Shown here piece after piece: positions 31,449 to 40,977 of a DNA stretch of 40,977 nt (positions are counted from its first letter, which is position 1; every line of letters starts with the position of its first letter). The notes under the pieces are model-generated. The model saw only the letters and a list, made by a program, of their open reading frames with translations. It did no database searches and was not told the DNA's origin. This DNA is from Candidatus Amesbacteria bacterium. GTDB taxonomy: Bacteria > Patescibacteriota > Microgenomatia > CAZETR01 > Amesbacteraceae. The stretch spans positions 400,663-441,639 of the forward strand of contig CAVTQH010000002.1 in the NCBI GenBank assembly GCA_963736875.1. The letters are read 5' to 3'. The position numbers were made by a program, and so were the translations under genes.

Positions 31449-33064
31449 AAAAATATTTAATTCCGGTTTTAATTCTGATATTTGCCGCATTATTAAGATT
31501 GTGGGCGATATCCGATTTTCCTGCCGGTTTGAATGCTGACGAAGCGGCCTTGGGATACAATGCTTATTCCCTGCTTTTGACGGGGCGTGATGAACACGGC
31601 CACCTGATGCCGGTAAATCTTGAATCATTCGGTGATTTCAAGCCCGCTCTTTATACCTATATACTGGTTCCCCTGGTCAAAGTCCTTGGTCTGACAGAGT
31701 TGGCTGTCCGCCTGCCGTCGGCAATATTCGGGATAATTGCCGTTTTGGCAATTTACTGTCTTTCCGGTCTGATTTTCAAGAATCCTCAAATCAAAATAAT
31801 TTCCTCTCTGGCACTGGCAGTCTCACCCTGGCATCTGCATTTTTCCCGCGGGGCCTGGGAAGTCAACGTCGCCACTACTCTGATCCTTATCGGGATCATC
31901 CTTTTTCTCAAATGGACTAAAGACAGAAAATTTTCCACATTTGTCTTCAGTCTGATGCCTTTTATTCTGTCCATGTATACATATCAGTCAGCCCGGGTTT
32001 TGGCGCCGGCTTTGGGTGCGGGATTAGTAATCCTTTACAGACGTCACCTGCTTGGAAATATCAGGCAGACTTTATGGGGATTGGTGCTTCTGCTGCTTTT
32101 TCTTATCCCTCTGGGGTTTTCAATATTTACGTCTTCCGCCGCGTCACGTTTATCCGGAGTGGGATTGCTGGCTGATGAGGGACCTTTGAATTTTGTTAAG
32201 GAACTGAGGGGTCAGCATTCCGCTGCCACCTCAATTATCGGGCGCATATTCCATAATCGCCCGGTGATATACACCCTGCAATTTGTTAAAAATTATCTTT
32301 CTCATTTTGACGGTAACTTTCTGTTTGTAAACGGCGACGAAATCCAAAGAAACCGGATTCCCGAAACCGGCCTTATGTATTTCACGGACTTTGTGTTGCT
32401 GATATTCGGATTAATTTATCTGCTGAACCATCACCAACCAAAAGCCAAAAACCTGATATTACTGTGGCTTATTATTGCCCCCCTGGCATCGGCTATGACA
32501 TTCCAGGTTCCCCACGCCCTCCGGGCCCAAAATATGATTATTCCCCTATCTCTTCTTCTGTCTGCGGGGATATATCAAATACTCCAAATATTCTACAAAT
32601 ATAAAATACTGTTATTGCTGTTACTACTGACTGCCTACGGATGGCAAATTACCCGTTATCTCCACGAGTATTATGTCCATTACCCCCAAACCTACCCGGC
32701 AGCCTGGGAATACGGATTTAAGGATTTGGTGGCCTATGTTACAGCCAACCAGGACCGGTACGAAAAAATCCTGGTCACGGATAAATACGACCAGCCGTAT
32801 ATTCTCTTTTTATTCTACAGCCGTTACAATCCGAAGTTGTTTCAGGGTAATCACGAGCTGACAGCCCGTGATCAGTACAATTTTTCAACCGTCAAAGAAT
32901 TTGATAAATACGTATTTACCGATACCGCCTGGGACAAGGTCAGGGATATCCACGGATCGTTAATTGCTGCCGCGGGGGAAGATATTCCGCCGGTAGGGGT
33001 TAATATTGTCAAAACAATTAATTTTCCAAACGACCAACCGGCGTTTAAAATAGTCTCAAATTAA
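31445..33064 (+). CDS. ArnT/PMT-family glycosyltransferase
   Basis: Intact 539 aa: NADEAALGYNAYSLLLTGRDEHG, FGDFKPALY, SPWHLHFSRGAWE, PHALR, WEYG, DQPYILFLFY. Confidence 0.9.
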   Translation: MKKYLIPVLILIFAALLRLWAISDFPAGLNADEAALGYNAYSLLLTGRDEHGHLMPVNLESFGDFKPALYTYILVPLVKVLGLTELAVRLPSAIFGIIAVLAIYCLSGLIFKNPQIKIISSLALAVSPWHLHFSRGAWEVNVATTLILIGIILFLKWTKDRKFSTFVFSLMPFILSMYTYQSARVLAPALGAGLVILYRRHLLGNIRQTLWGLVLLLLFLIPLGFSIFTSSAASRLSGVGLLADEGPLNFVKELRGQHSAATSIIGRIFHNRPVIYTLQFVKNYLSHFDGNFLFVNGDEIQRNRIPETGLMYFTDFVLLIFGLIYLLNHHQPKAKNLILLWLIIAPLASAMTFQVPHALRAQNMIIPLSLLLSAGIYQILQIFYKYKILLLLLLLTAYGWQITRYLHEYYVHYPQTYPAAWEYGFKDLVAYVTANQDRYEKILVTDKYDQPYILFLFYSRYNPKLFQGNHELTARDQYNFSTVKEFDKYVFTDTAWDKVRDIHGSLIAAAGEDIPPVGVNIVKTINFPNDQPAFKIVSN

Positions 33065-33067
33065 GAA

Positions 33068-33850
33068 ATGGGATCAAAAATCAACCTATCAGTTGTTCTG
33101 GCCACCTTCAATGAAGAAGCCAATCTCGGCAAATGTCTGGAGTCGGTAAAAGATATTGCCGATGAAATCGTGGTGGTAGACGGCCAATCAACGGACAAAA
33201 CAGTCGAGATCGCCAAAACCTTTAAAGCCGGAATAATTTCCACTACCAACAAACCCAACTTTCATATCAATAAAAATATGGCTATCGATGCGGCAAAAGG
33301 GGAGTGGATACTCCAGCTGGACGCTGATGAGGTGGTTTCACCAAAGTTATCTTCAGAGATATCCGAAGTAATTTCCACATCTCCCCCCGAAGCCGGCTTT
33401 TGGATTCCCCGCCTGAATTATTTTCTAAACCGTCCCCTGACCAAAGGCGGTCAGTATCCCGACTATACTCTCCGGTTGTACCGTAACGGCCTGGGTCGTC
33501 TGCCCGGTAAAGATGTGCATGAGCAGGCGGTGGTTAAAGGCAAAGCAGGTTATCTGAAGAATAATCTGCTTCATTTCAATACCCCGGATTTTGAAAATTA
33601 TCTCCTGCGGCATAACCGCTACACTTCGCTTCTGGCAGGGGAGCTCGGAGAGAAAAAAGTTCAGTTGGATTTTACATCGGCAATGGATTACCTTTTTTTC
33701 AAACCTTTTAAAGAATTTTTTAATATTTATGTAATTCACCGGGGATATGTAGACGGTTTTCCGGGGTTTGTATTTGCCCTTTTCTCGGGCTTGCGTTTCG
33801 GGGAGGCATACATTAAATATTGGCAGATTACCAAATATCCGGAAAAATGA
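33068..33850 (+). CDS. GT2 glycosyltransferase (KdtX-like)
   Basis: LSVVLATFNEE, VDGQSTDKT, GEWILQLDADE, YPDYTLRLY, VHE, DGFPG. Confidence 0.9.
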   Translation: MGSKINLSVVLATFNEEANLGKCLESVKDIADEIVVVDGQSTDKTVEIAKTFKAGIISTTNKPNFHINKNMAIDAAKGEWILQLDADEVVSPKLSSEISEVISTSPPEAGFWIPRLNYFLNRPLTKGGQYPDYTLRLYRNGLGRLPGKDVHEQAVVKGKAGYLKNNLLHFNTPDFENYLLRHNRYTSLLAGELGEKKVQLDFTSAMDYLFFKPFKEFFNIYVIHRGYVDGFPGFVFALFSGLRFGEAYIKYWQITKYPEK

Positions 33851-34912
33851 TTAAAGTCGGTCTTGTCACCACCCCCTTATCTTCCGGCCATGCAGCCAGG
33901 GGAGTGGGTTTCTATACCAAAAACCTCCTTTCCGGGCTTAAGTTACTGGCCTCGGGAAGTAACTTTGAAATAGAGGAAATTAAAAGCCCAACAATAACCG
34001 GAAACTATGACATTATTCACTATCCGTTTTTTGATCTTTTCTTTCCTTCCCTGCCGCTTTTCAAACCCACCAGAACCGTAGTTACAATTCATGATGTTAT
34101 TCCCCTGGAGTTTCCGCACTCACTTTCCGCCGGGAGTAAAAGGCCGGATCAATTTAATCCGGCAAAAAATCTCTCTTCTCAACGTTAACCGGGTAATTAC
34201 CGATTCTTACGCTTCGGTTAAAGGCATCCGCAGGCACCTGCGGGTTCCCCATGCAAAAATTAAATTGGTATATCTGGCACCGGCGTCTCATTTCCGGCCC
34301 ATACAGGATAATCGCCTTCTTGCGCAAGTCAAAAAAAAGTACCATCTCCCCGATAAATTTGTGCTGTATGTAGGAGACATCAACTGGAACAAAAATCTTC
34401 CGGGACTGGCCAAGGCTTGCCAAAAGCTTAAAATCCCCCTGGTGATTGTAGGTAAACAGGCTATGGAGATTGACGCTCTGGATACTGCCCATCCCGAGTT
34501 ATCTCACCTTGTATCTCTGAAACCGTATTTTCAAAACGCCAAATCGCCGGTGCTCCGGCTGGGTTTTATCTCAGACGAGGAACTTGTAGCCGTATATAAT
34601 TTGGCTTCCGTTTACTGTCAGCCGTCTTTTGCGGAAGGTTTCGGTCTGCCTGTTTTGGAGGCATTAGCCTGCGGTACCCCGGTAGCCTGCAGTGATACCC
34701 ATTCCCTGCCGGAAATTGCCGAAGAGGCGGCAGTCTATTTCGATCCGGAAAAAACGGATTCGATAACTAAAGCATTAAATAACATCATTACTGATTCCCG
34801 GTTAAGGTCTGACTTAATTGCCAAAGGTCTGCTCCAGGCCAAAAAGTTTTCCTGGGAGAAAACGGTTCGTGATACACTGGACGTTTACCGGGAAGTTAAA
34901 AACTTATCATGA
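33847..34912 (+). CDS. GT4 glycosyltransferase (MtfB-like), one frameshift
   Basis: ATG 33847, RGVGFY, VVTIHDVIPL, shift near 34120, then LYVG, KN, PSFAEGFGLPVLEALACG and FSWEK. Confidence 0.9.
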
Positions 34913-36042
34913 AATTCAAACAATTATTAAAATATTTTCTTTTCTGGCAGATAACAATTGTGGTGATTTTTGCCCTTTCCGGTTTTCTTCTGCCTCTGAA
35001 AAAAAGCGATACCTACCTGGGGGGAGGTATTACCAAATACCTGAAGAATCCGCTCTTAAATTTTCGCTCCAACTATGACGGGGTGCATTATGTACTGATT
35101 GCCACTCACGGCTACAATTACGGCCAGCAAGCCTTTTTCCCTTTCTATCCCTCGTTGATTAAAAGACTTCAGCCGACAATCAAAGACCCGATCCTGGCCG
35201 GTACGTTAATTTCCTCAGTCTCCTTTTTAATTGCCATGTATTTTCTCAGCCGTCTGATCCGGCTGGATGCTTCACCTGCGGTTGCCAAATGGACAATCAT
35301 CTCTTTATTGGTATTTCCCACCAGTTTCTTTTTTACGTCTGTCTATACCGAAGGATTGTTTTTTCTTTTGGTAATTCTCACTTTTTACTCAGCCCGGAAA
35401 AACCGCTGGTTATTGGCGGCAATTTTCGGAGCACTGGCAAGCTATACGCGGTTAATAGGGATTTTTCTTCTCCCGGCTTTATTGGTGGAATTATGGTGGC
35501 AGCAAAACCAAAATCTGATAAAACCCCGGCAATTTGCGTACAAATCCCTGCTGCTTTTAATAATTCCCCTGGGACTATTAAGTTATATGTGGTATCTGCA
35601 CCGGACCACCGGTGATTTCCTGGCTTTTTACAATGTCCAGCCTCTTTTTCTCCAGGCCCGAAGCCTGCACATTACCCTGCCGTATCAGGTCATGTGGAGG
35701 TATATAAAAATGGTTTTAACCGTTTCCAGAAATGACTTTATTTATTTAACCATCTGGCTGGAATTTGTGACAGCCATCGGGTTTCTGGTTCTTTCGGCCA
35801 TTTCCCTGTTTAAACAGCGTCCCTCTTATGCCGTGTTCAGTTTCCTGGCTTTCATTGTTCCGACTTTTACCGGGAATTTCGTCTCCCTGCCCCGCTATGT
35901 ACTTGTCTGTTTTCCGGCCTTTATTCTTATAGGTACTTTATTGGCTAAAAACCGGAAGTTTCGCTATCTCTACCTTGGTCTCTCGGTTTTTCTCCTGGTA
36001 ATTTTCCTGTCCCTTTTTATCCGGGGATATTGGGTTGCCTGA
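34909..36042 (+). CDS. PIG-V-like (Mannosyl_trans2/GT76-like) GT-C glycosyltransferase
   Basis: YDGVHYVLIATHGY, AFFPFYP, FPTSFFFTSVYTEGLF, TRLIG, SLPRY. Confidence 0.85.
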   Translation: MKFKQLLKYFLFWQITIVVIFALSGFLLPLKKSDTYLGGGITKYLKNPLLNFRSNYDGVHYVLIATHGYNYGQQAFFPFYPSLIKRLQPTIKDPILAGTLISSVSFLIAMYFLSRLIRLDASPAVAKWTIISLLVFPTSFFFTSVYTEGLFFLLVILTFYSARKNRWLLAAIFGALASYTRLIGIFLLPALLVELWWQQNQNLIKPRQFAYKSLLLLIIPLGLLSYMWYLHRTTGDFLAFYNVQPLFLQARSLHITLPYQVMWRYIKMVLTVSRNDFIYLTIWLEFVTAIGFLVLSAISLFKQRPSYAVFSFLAFIVPTFTGNFVSLPRYVLVCFPAFILIGTLLAKNRKFRYLYLGLSVFLLVIFLSLFIRGYWVA

Positions 36043-36043
36043 T

Positions 36044-37485
36044 ATGACGGGATTAAAACTTCTGTTAGCCGGTATTATCTTTTCTTTTTTCTTTTCCTGC
36101 CTTCTTTTTCCGGTTTTTATACGAATGACGATTTTTTTCATCTGAAAATCAGTCAGGCAAATTCGTTGTCAGACTTTATCGGGTTTTTTAATCTGAGAAA
36201 ATCAGAGAGCGGTTACGGCTGGTATCGTCCTCGTCCCATGAGTACGCAGGTTTTTTATTTTTTAAATGCAAAGCTCTTTAATTCAAATCCCATCCCGGCC
36301 AGAATATTCATATTCACGGTCTTTGTGCTGATCACTGCCTGGTTTTTTTGTTAACGGGTCTGCTGACAGGATCAAATCTGATTTCCGGATTGGCAGCTTT
36401 CATTTACGCGGTGTCCGTTACCCATTTCGGTCAGTTATATTTTTTCGGTAATCAGGAAATTATTTCCGGATTCTTTTACCTTTTGTCGGTTTTTTTCTGG
36501 TGCAAATATTTTCTGACAGCCGGAAAAGTCTGGTACTCGGAGCTTCGTCACTTTTATGCTTGCTTTGGGATCCAAAGAAACTGCAGTCACCCTGCCATTT
36601 GTTTTTTTGTTGCTGACAGGTTTTTTCAGATTCGACAAATAAAGAAAAATTCAAACCCGGATCATTATCGGTCATTGTAGCCCCTTTGTGCTTTTGGCCG
36701 GAATTTATACTTGGCATCATTATGCCTATTACGGTCTGAACCAGGGAGATTCGTATATTTTTGATCTTTCACCCAGGATTGTTAACACACTGACCTGGTA
36801 CGGTCTTTGGTCGTTGGGACTGCCGGAAATGCTGGTGGATTTTATCGGTCCGGGTCTGAAAATAAATCCTAATCTGATACGTTTTTGGGGGAAGGAAATC
36901 ATCGCGATCGTATTAGTTTTCGGTGCTCTGTTACTGCAAATAATATATTTTATGGCAAAAAAACCCGGGTTGAAAATATTCAGGACTCTGGTTTTTTCAT
37001 TTCTTTGGTTCGGTTTTACCCTTGGACCGATTTTACTTCTTCCCTGGCATAAGTTTTCGTTTTATTTAACCATACCCATGTTTTCCGTCGCGTTGTTTCT
37101 GGCAGCTCTTATCGGACAGTTTCCAAAACTTCAGATTTTACTTTTTTTGGGAACCCTTTTATTAATTACTGTACTGACGTTAAATCTGACTGTCCGTACG
37201 AACTGGATAAGCAAGGGACTGGTTACGGCTAAGAACGTCGATACCTATCTGCGAAATATTTATCCCGCAACCCCGACCAAAACAACAATTGTATTCTATG
37301 ATACCCCAGTGGATAAACAGCTTCCCTGGTCGCCGGCAGGAGTATTAAAAGACGTGTTGTCTGATAACAATTACTTTAGAAGTTTATGCCGTCAAGATCT
37401 TACGGCCGAGTATGTGACCGAAAAACCCGATAAAATCATTCCTGGCCGGGTGTTAATTGAAGCCAGGCAGTTTCTGGGGTACTAA
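36044..37485 (+). CDS. GT-C-like polytopic membrane protein (DD...YRP type), several frameshifts
   Basis: ATG 36044, then NDDFFHL, WYRP and SKE motifs across ORFs 36166, 36348 and 36688, with a soluble C-terminal domain. Confidence 0.65.
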
Positions 37486-37486
37486 T

Positions 37487-38757
37487 ATGAACATTGCCGT
37501 TATCGGAGCCGGATTTACCGGATTATCAGCCGCTCGGCGTCTGGCGGGGGCAGGTCATAATGTGACCATAATCGAGCGGGAAAGCCTTCCCGGGGGTCTG
37601 GCAGCCGGTTTTACCGGCCCCGGATGGGATTGGCCTTTGGAAAAGCACTATCACCATACTTTCTCCTCCGACTCTGTATTTTTAAGTTTGGCAAAAGAAT
37701 TAATTTTCCGGTTACCTTCCGCCGGCCTGTTACCTCAACTTTTTATTCAGGACGGATTGAGCAGCTTGATTCCCCGGCATCACTTCTGAAGTTTTCCGGT
37801 CTTCCGGTTGTGGACAGATTACGCACCGGGTTTGGATTGGCTTCGCTTAAATTTAATCCCTATTGGAAGTTACTTGAGGGTCAGACTGCCAAAAAATATA
37901 TCACTTCCGTGATGGGGCAGTCTTCATGGCAGGTGATCTGGGAACCTCTGTTTACGGGGAAATTCGGGTCATACGCTGACAAAATTTCTGCCGCCTGGTT
38001 CTGGGCCAGGATTGTATCCCGTACCCCCAGCCTGGGTTATCCGGAAGGCGGTTTCGGAAAGTTTGCCATGGCTTTGGATAAATCATTAACCAAAACCGGC
38101 GTAACAATAATGTATAACAGGACGGTTTCCGGGATAACTCCGAAATCCCGGGGTTTTTCCCTGACTTTGGACTCCGGTCAGGACCTGATATTTGATAAAG
38201 TCCTGTGTACTCTTTCATCGGATGTTTTTGCTAAAATCACTCTAAATCTTCCCGAAAGTTATTCCAGGCAGTTGAACAGCTTGGAAAGTCTCGGGGCGGT
38301 AACCCTGATTCTGGCTCTTAAAAAGGCTTTCCTTCCGGGAATATACTGGCTGAATATTAACGACCGCTCGATGCCGTATTTAGCTGTGGTTGAACATACC
38401 AACTTCGTTGATAAATCCCATTACGGCGGGGATCACCTTCTTTACATCGGCAACTATCTGCCCCGGGGACATAAATACTTTTCCTTATCCGATAAAGATC
38501 TGATTAAATTGTTTTCCCCGCATCTGCAAAAAATCAATCCCGCTTTCTCGCATTCATGGATTAACGGGTCATGGATATGGAAAACCTCCTTCGCCCAACC
38601 TATTGTCCCGACTAATTTTTCCCGTCAGGTCCCGTCAATTACCACCCCCATCCCCGGTCTGTATCTGGCCAATATGCAGCAGGTTTATCCCTGGGACAGG
38701 GGAGTAAATTACGCGGTAAAGTTAGGGGAAAAAGCAGCTGATATGATAACCGTATGA
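37487..38757 (+). CDS. FAD-dependent oxidoreductase (amine oxidase/HemY/UGM-like fold), one frameshift
   Basis: MNIAVIGAGFTGLSAA (GxGxxG), IER....GGLA, LEKHYHH, LGYPEGGF, AQP, YPWDRGVNYAV. Confidence 0.88.
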
Positions 38758-40019
38758 ACCTGGAAGGATTTAATTAAAACCACTACCATCCGTCAGTCTT
38801 TTATTACCACGTTCAGTATTGTCACCAACGGAGTACTGGCGGCCGTATTTTATCTGGCAGCGGCCAAAGTCCTGGGAGCGCATGATTACGGCTTGTTTTC
38901 TCTTTCAGCCGCAACAGTAGCCATCATGTCCGTAGTTTTTGATTTCGGAAACGACAAAGGAGTGGTTAAATTCGTTTCCAAATACGGACCGGATTCCGAA
39001 AAAAGCGCCAAAGTCCTCAAAGCCGTATTTTTTACCAAGCTGGCCAGCGGCTTATTTTTTGTATTCTTATTTACCGCCTTTTCCCGCCAGATATCGGTTT
39101 TGGTTTATAACCAGCCGGAAATGGCCTCCTTGCTGCCGTTAACAGCAGTGGCATTTTTTACCAATTGCTGTTATTTTTTGTCACCTATTATTTTCAGGCT
39201 GCTGAAAAATTTTTCACCTGGGGATTTTTGTTTATCAACGCCAACATTGTACGCCTGATTTTGATGTTTGTTTTTCTGGCTCTGGGTAAGCTTAACGCTA
39301 TAACGACTTTATTCCTGTTTGCCCTTACCCCTTTTATCAGCTTTTTGATCGGCTTCTTTATCATGGGATTTAAGTTTTTTAATTCCCGGGTGGATATTAC
39401 GGTATTTAAAGAGCTGTTCTCTTTTAATAAATGGGCATTCGGTTTCAGCTCCGTTTCGACTATCAGTTCGCGCCTGGACACTTTCATGACATCACAGTTG
39501 ATGTCAATCCAAAATGTCGGTATTTACGGTCTGGCTAACCAGGCCACGTTTATCATGCCTAATCTGGTGTCAGCCCTGGGTGCGGTTACATCTCCCAAAT
39601 TTGCCCGGTTTAAAAATCAGCAGGCCAACCGGTCCTATTTATTCAAATCCTCACTATTTTTCCTGCATCGCTTTGGTCTGCGCGGTAGTTCTTACACCTC
39701 TGGGTTACTTATTTATGCGTTTTTCCGGTACCGAGTATTTATCCGGATTTGTACCTTTTCTTCTTTTAATGCTGGCACAGGTGGTGTTTCTGGCATTAAG
39801 CCCGCTTCGTGACAGCCTGCTGTACTATTACTCGCGGCCTGATTTTTTCTTTTGGGTCAGTCTGGGCCACGGCACGGTTACTCTGGTCAGCGGATGATTC
39901 TTTTGCCCCGCATCGGGCTTATGGGTGCGGCAATGTCCAACCTTTTAGGTCAGATATTTCTGAATCTCGTTTGTTATGGTTTTATCGGCGGATTAGTCCT
40001 AAAATCGTCAAATAAATAA
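38754..40019 (+). CDS. Wzx/MOP-family oligosaccharide flippase, several frameshifts
   Basis: ATG 38754. LGAHDYGLFS, DFG, RLDTFM....VGIYGLA, P.FA, P.IGLMGAA. Many TM segments across ORFs 38893, 39165 and 39514. Confidence 0.82.
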
Positions 40020-40020
40020 A

Positions 40021-40711
40021 ATGACTCAAAAAGACATTTACCTGATCATCCCTGCTTTTAATGAGCAGAAAATCTTCCCCGGGTTTTGAATAACGTCGGA
40101 CAGGTATTTGATCCAAAAAGGGTAATAATTGTGGATGACGGCTCCGATCCGCCCCTAAAACTGAAATCTGCTCTATTTACAGTCATCAGGCATAGCCAAA
40201 ATCAGGAAAAGGCTCTGCTATGCGAACCGGGGCGGATCAGGCTTTTAAATCGAGAGCCAAAGCGATCATCTTCATGGATGCCGATGGTCAGCATGATCCT
40301 GAGGAAATTCCCAAGTTTGTCGGAAAACTTATTGCAGGTTTTGATGTAGTGTTCGGCGCCCGGATGATGCCGATTAATACCCCCCTGATTCGGTTTATGG
40401 GTAATAAATTTTCCAGTATGTATGTCAGCCTGATTTTCGGTATTTACTTATCGGATATTCTTTCCGGATACCGCGGGCTGACACTTAAGGCTTACAAATT
40501 AATGCATTGGATTTCAGACGGATACAGCGTCGAAACTGAAATGATAGCCCGGTTGGCCAGGAATAAATCCAAGCTGAAGTTTACGGAATTTCCCATCCTG
40601 GGAATTTACCTGGACGCCAATAAGGGTATGTCTATGATCGACGCGATCAAAGTCCTGTGGGATTCACTTATCTGGAAGATGAAGTTTCTTATTTCTGATT
40701 CCAAGATATGA
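40021..40711 (+). CDS. GT2 polyprenol-phosphate glycosyltransferase (DPM1/ArnC/GtrB-like), frameshifted
   Basis: MTQKDIYLIIPAFNE, IIVDDGSD, RH..N, FMDADGQHDP, DVVFGAR, D..SGYR, YSVETE. Confidence 0.85.
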
Positions 40712-40733
40712 ATCTTTACACAGTTAAGCTTTA

Positions 40734-40977
40734 ATGAAAAATAACTCTTTAGTAATAACACTATATAGACTAATCAGGTATATTCTGAGCTTAGGAATAT
40801 TCTACAAGCTAAATTATTACTTGTTTTATATCAGTCTGGCAGGAATTGGAATTAATAATTATGAAAATGAATCTGTTAGTGGGGAAAAATACTTATTGAA
40901 AAAATTATCTTCTTATTATTTCGACAGGGAAATAACCGCCCTGGATATCGGAGCAAATGTGGGTAATTATTCAGTCA
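40734..40977 (+). CDS. FkbM-family methyltransferase, 5' part only (window edge)
   Basis: Open frame MKNNSLV...SGEKYLLKKL...ITALDIGANVGNYSV with the SAM-binding motif DIGANVG. AT-rich. Confidence 0.75.
   Translation, partial: MKNNSLVITLYRLIRYILSLGIFYKLNYYLFYISLAGIGINNYENESVSGEKYLLKKLSSYYFDREITALDIGANVGNYSV

Noticed and set aside
29915-31580. Nucleotide similarity GAAGCGGC.TTGGGATACAA.GCTTATTC between adjacent genes as a repeat element or DGR template/variable pair
   Set aside because: It is explained by the conserved DEAALGYNAYS coding motif of paralogs. There is no reverse transcriptase and no adenine-specific mismatch pattern.
37487-38757. Calling this gene hemY/protoporphyrinogen oxidase
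   Set aside because: It shares only the fold-level FAD motifs, and its context is glycan biosynthesis with no heme genes.
8871-40711. Programmed phase variation by slippage tracts in GT genes
   Set aside because: I saw no long homopolymer or microsatellite tracts at the localisable breakpoints, and non-surface genes (DUF3850, DUF5674) are broken in the same way.
1-40977. Alternative genetic code (TGA readthrough, code 25/4) as the cause of broken ORFs
   Set aside because: The breaks change reading frame rather than continuing in frame, and many intact genes end in TGA within ATGA overlaps.
1-40977. CRISPR array, tRNA/rRNA, riboswitch or clear intrinsic terminators
   Set aside because: Intergenic gaps are mostly under 60 bp, and I found no regularly spaced repeats, cloverleaf motifs or GC hairpin plus U-tract that I could support.

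Overview
Bacterial cell-surface glycosylation locus, most likely from a Patescibacteria/CPR (Microgenomates-like) genome. The taxonomy is inferred from gene content, gene packing and the lack of obvious Shine-Dalgarno sites. The window holds about 16 integral-membrane GT-C-fold glycosyltransferase-like genes (ArnT/PMT-like, GT87/PIG-M-like, PIG-V-like, YfhO, PTPS-related), 8 GT2 and 2 GT4 enzymes, a Wzx-type flippase, a half-size EamA protein, an FAD oxidoreductase and a truncated FkbM methyltransferase. Three accessory blocks interrupt it. (i) An island at ~12.8-16.7 kb of small single-gene units: Fic-HTH, DUF3850/ASCH, an orphan HlyD-like protein, a Cys-rich protein and two RNAP alpha-CTD/HhH-like proteins. 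(ii) A DUF5674 gene pair. (iii) An AT-rich, inverted GT-C gene bracketed by a ~74-bp direct repeat that duplicates the previous gene's end and the next gene's promoter and start. Many genes have a -10 hexamer only 6-9 bp before the start codon (leaderless architecture), including very compact bidirectional promoters. About half of the genes carry single-base frameshifts that look like sequencing or assembly indels. I saw no rRNA, tRNA, CRISPR array, transposase or integrase. All family calls come from motif recognition by eye, not from database searches.
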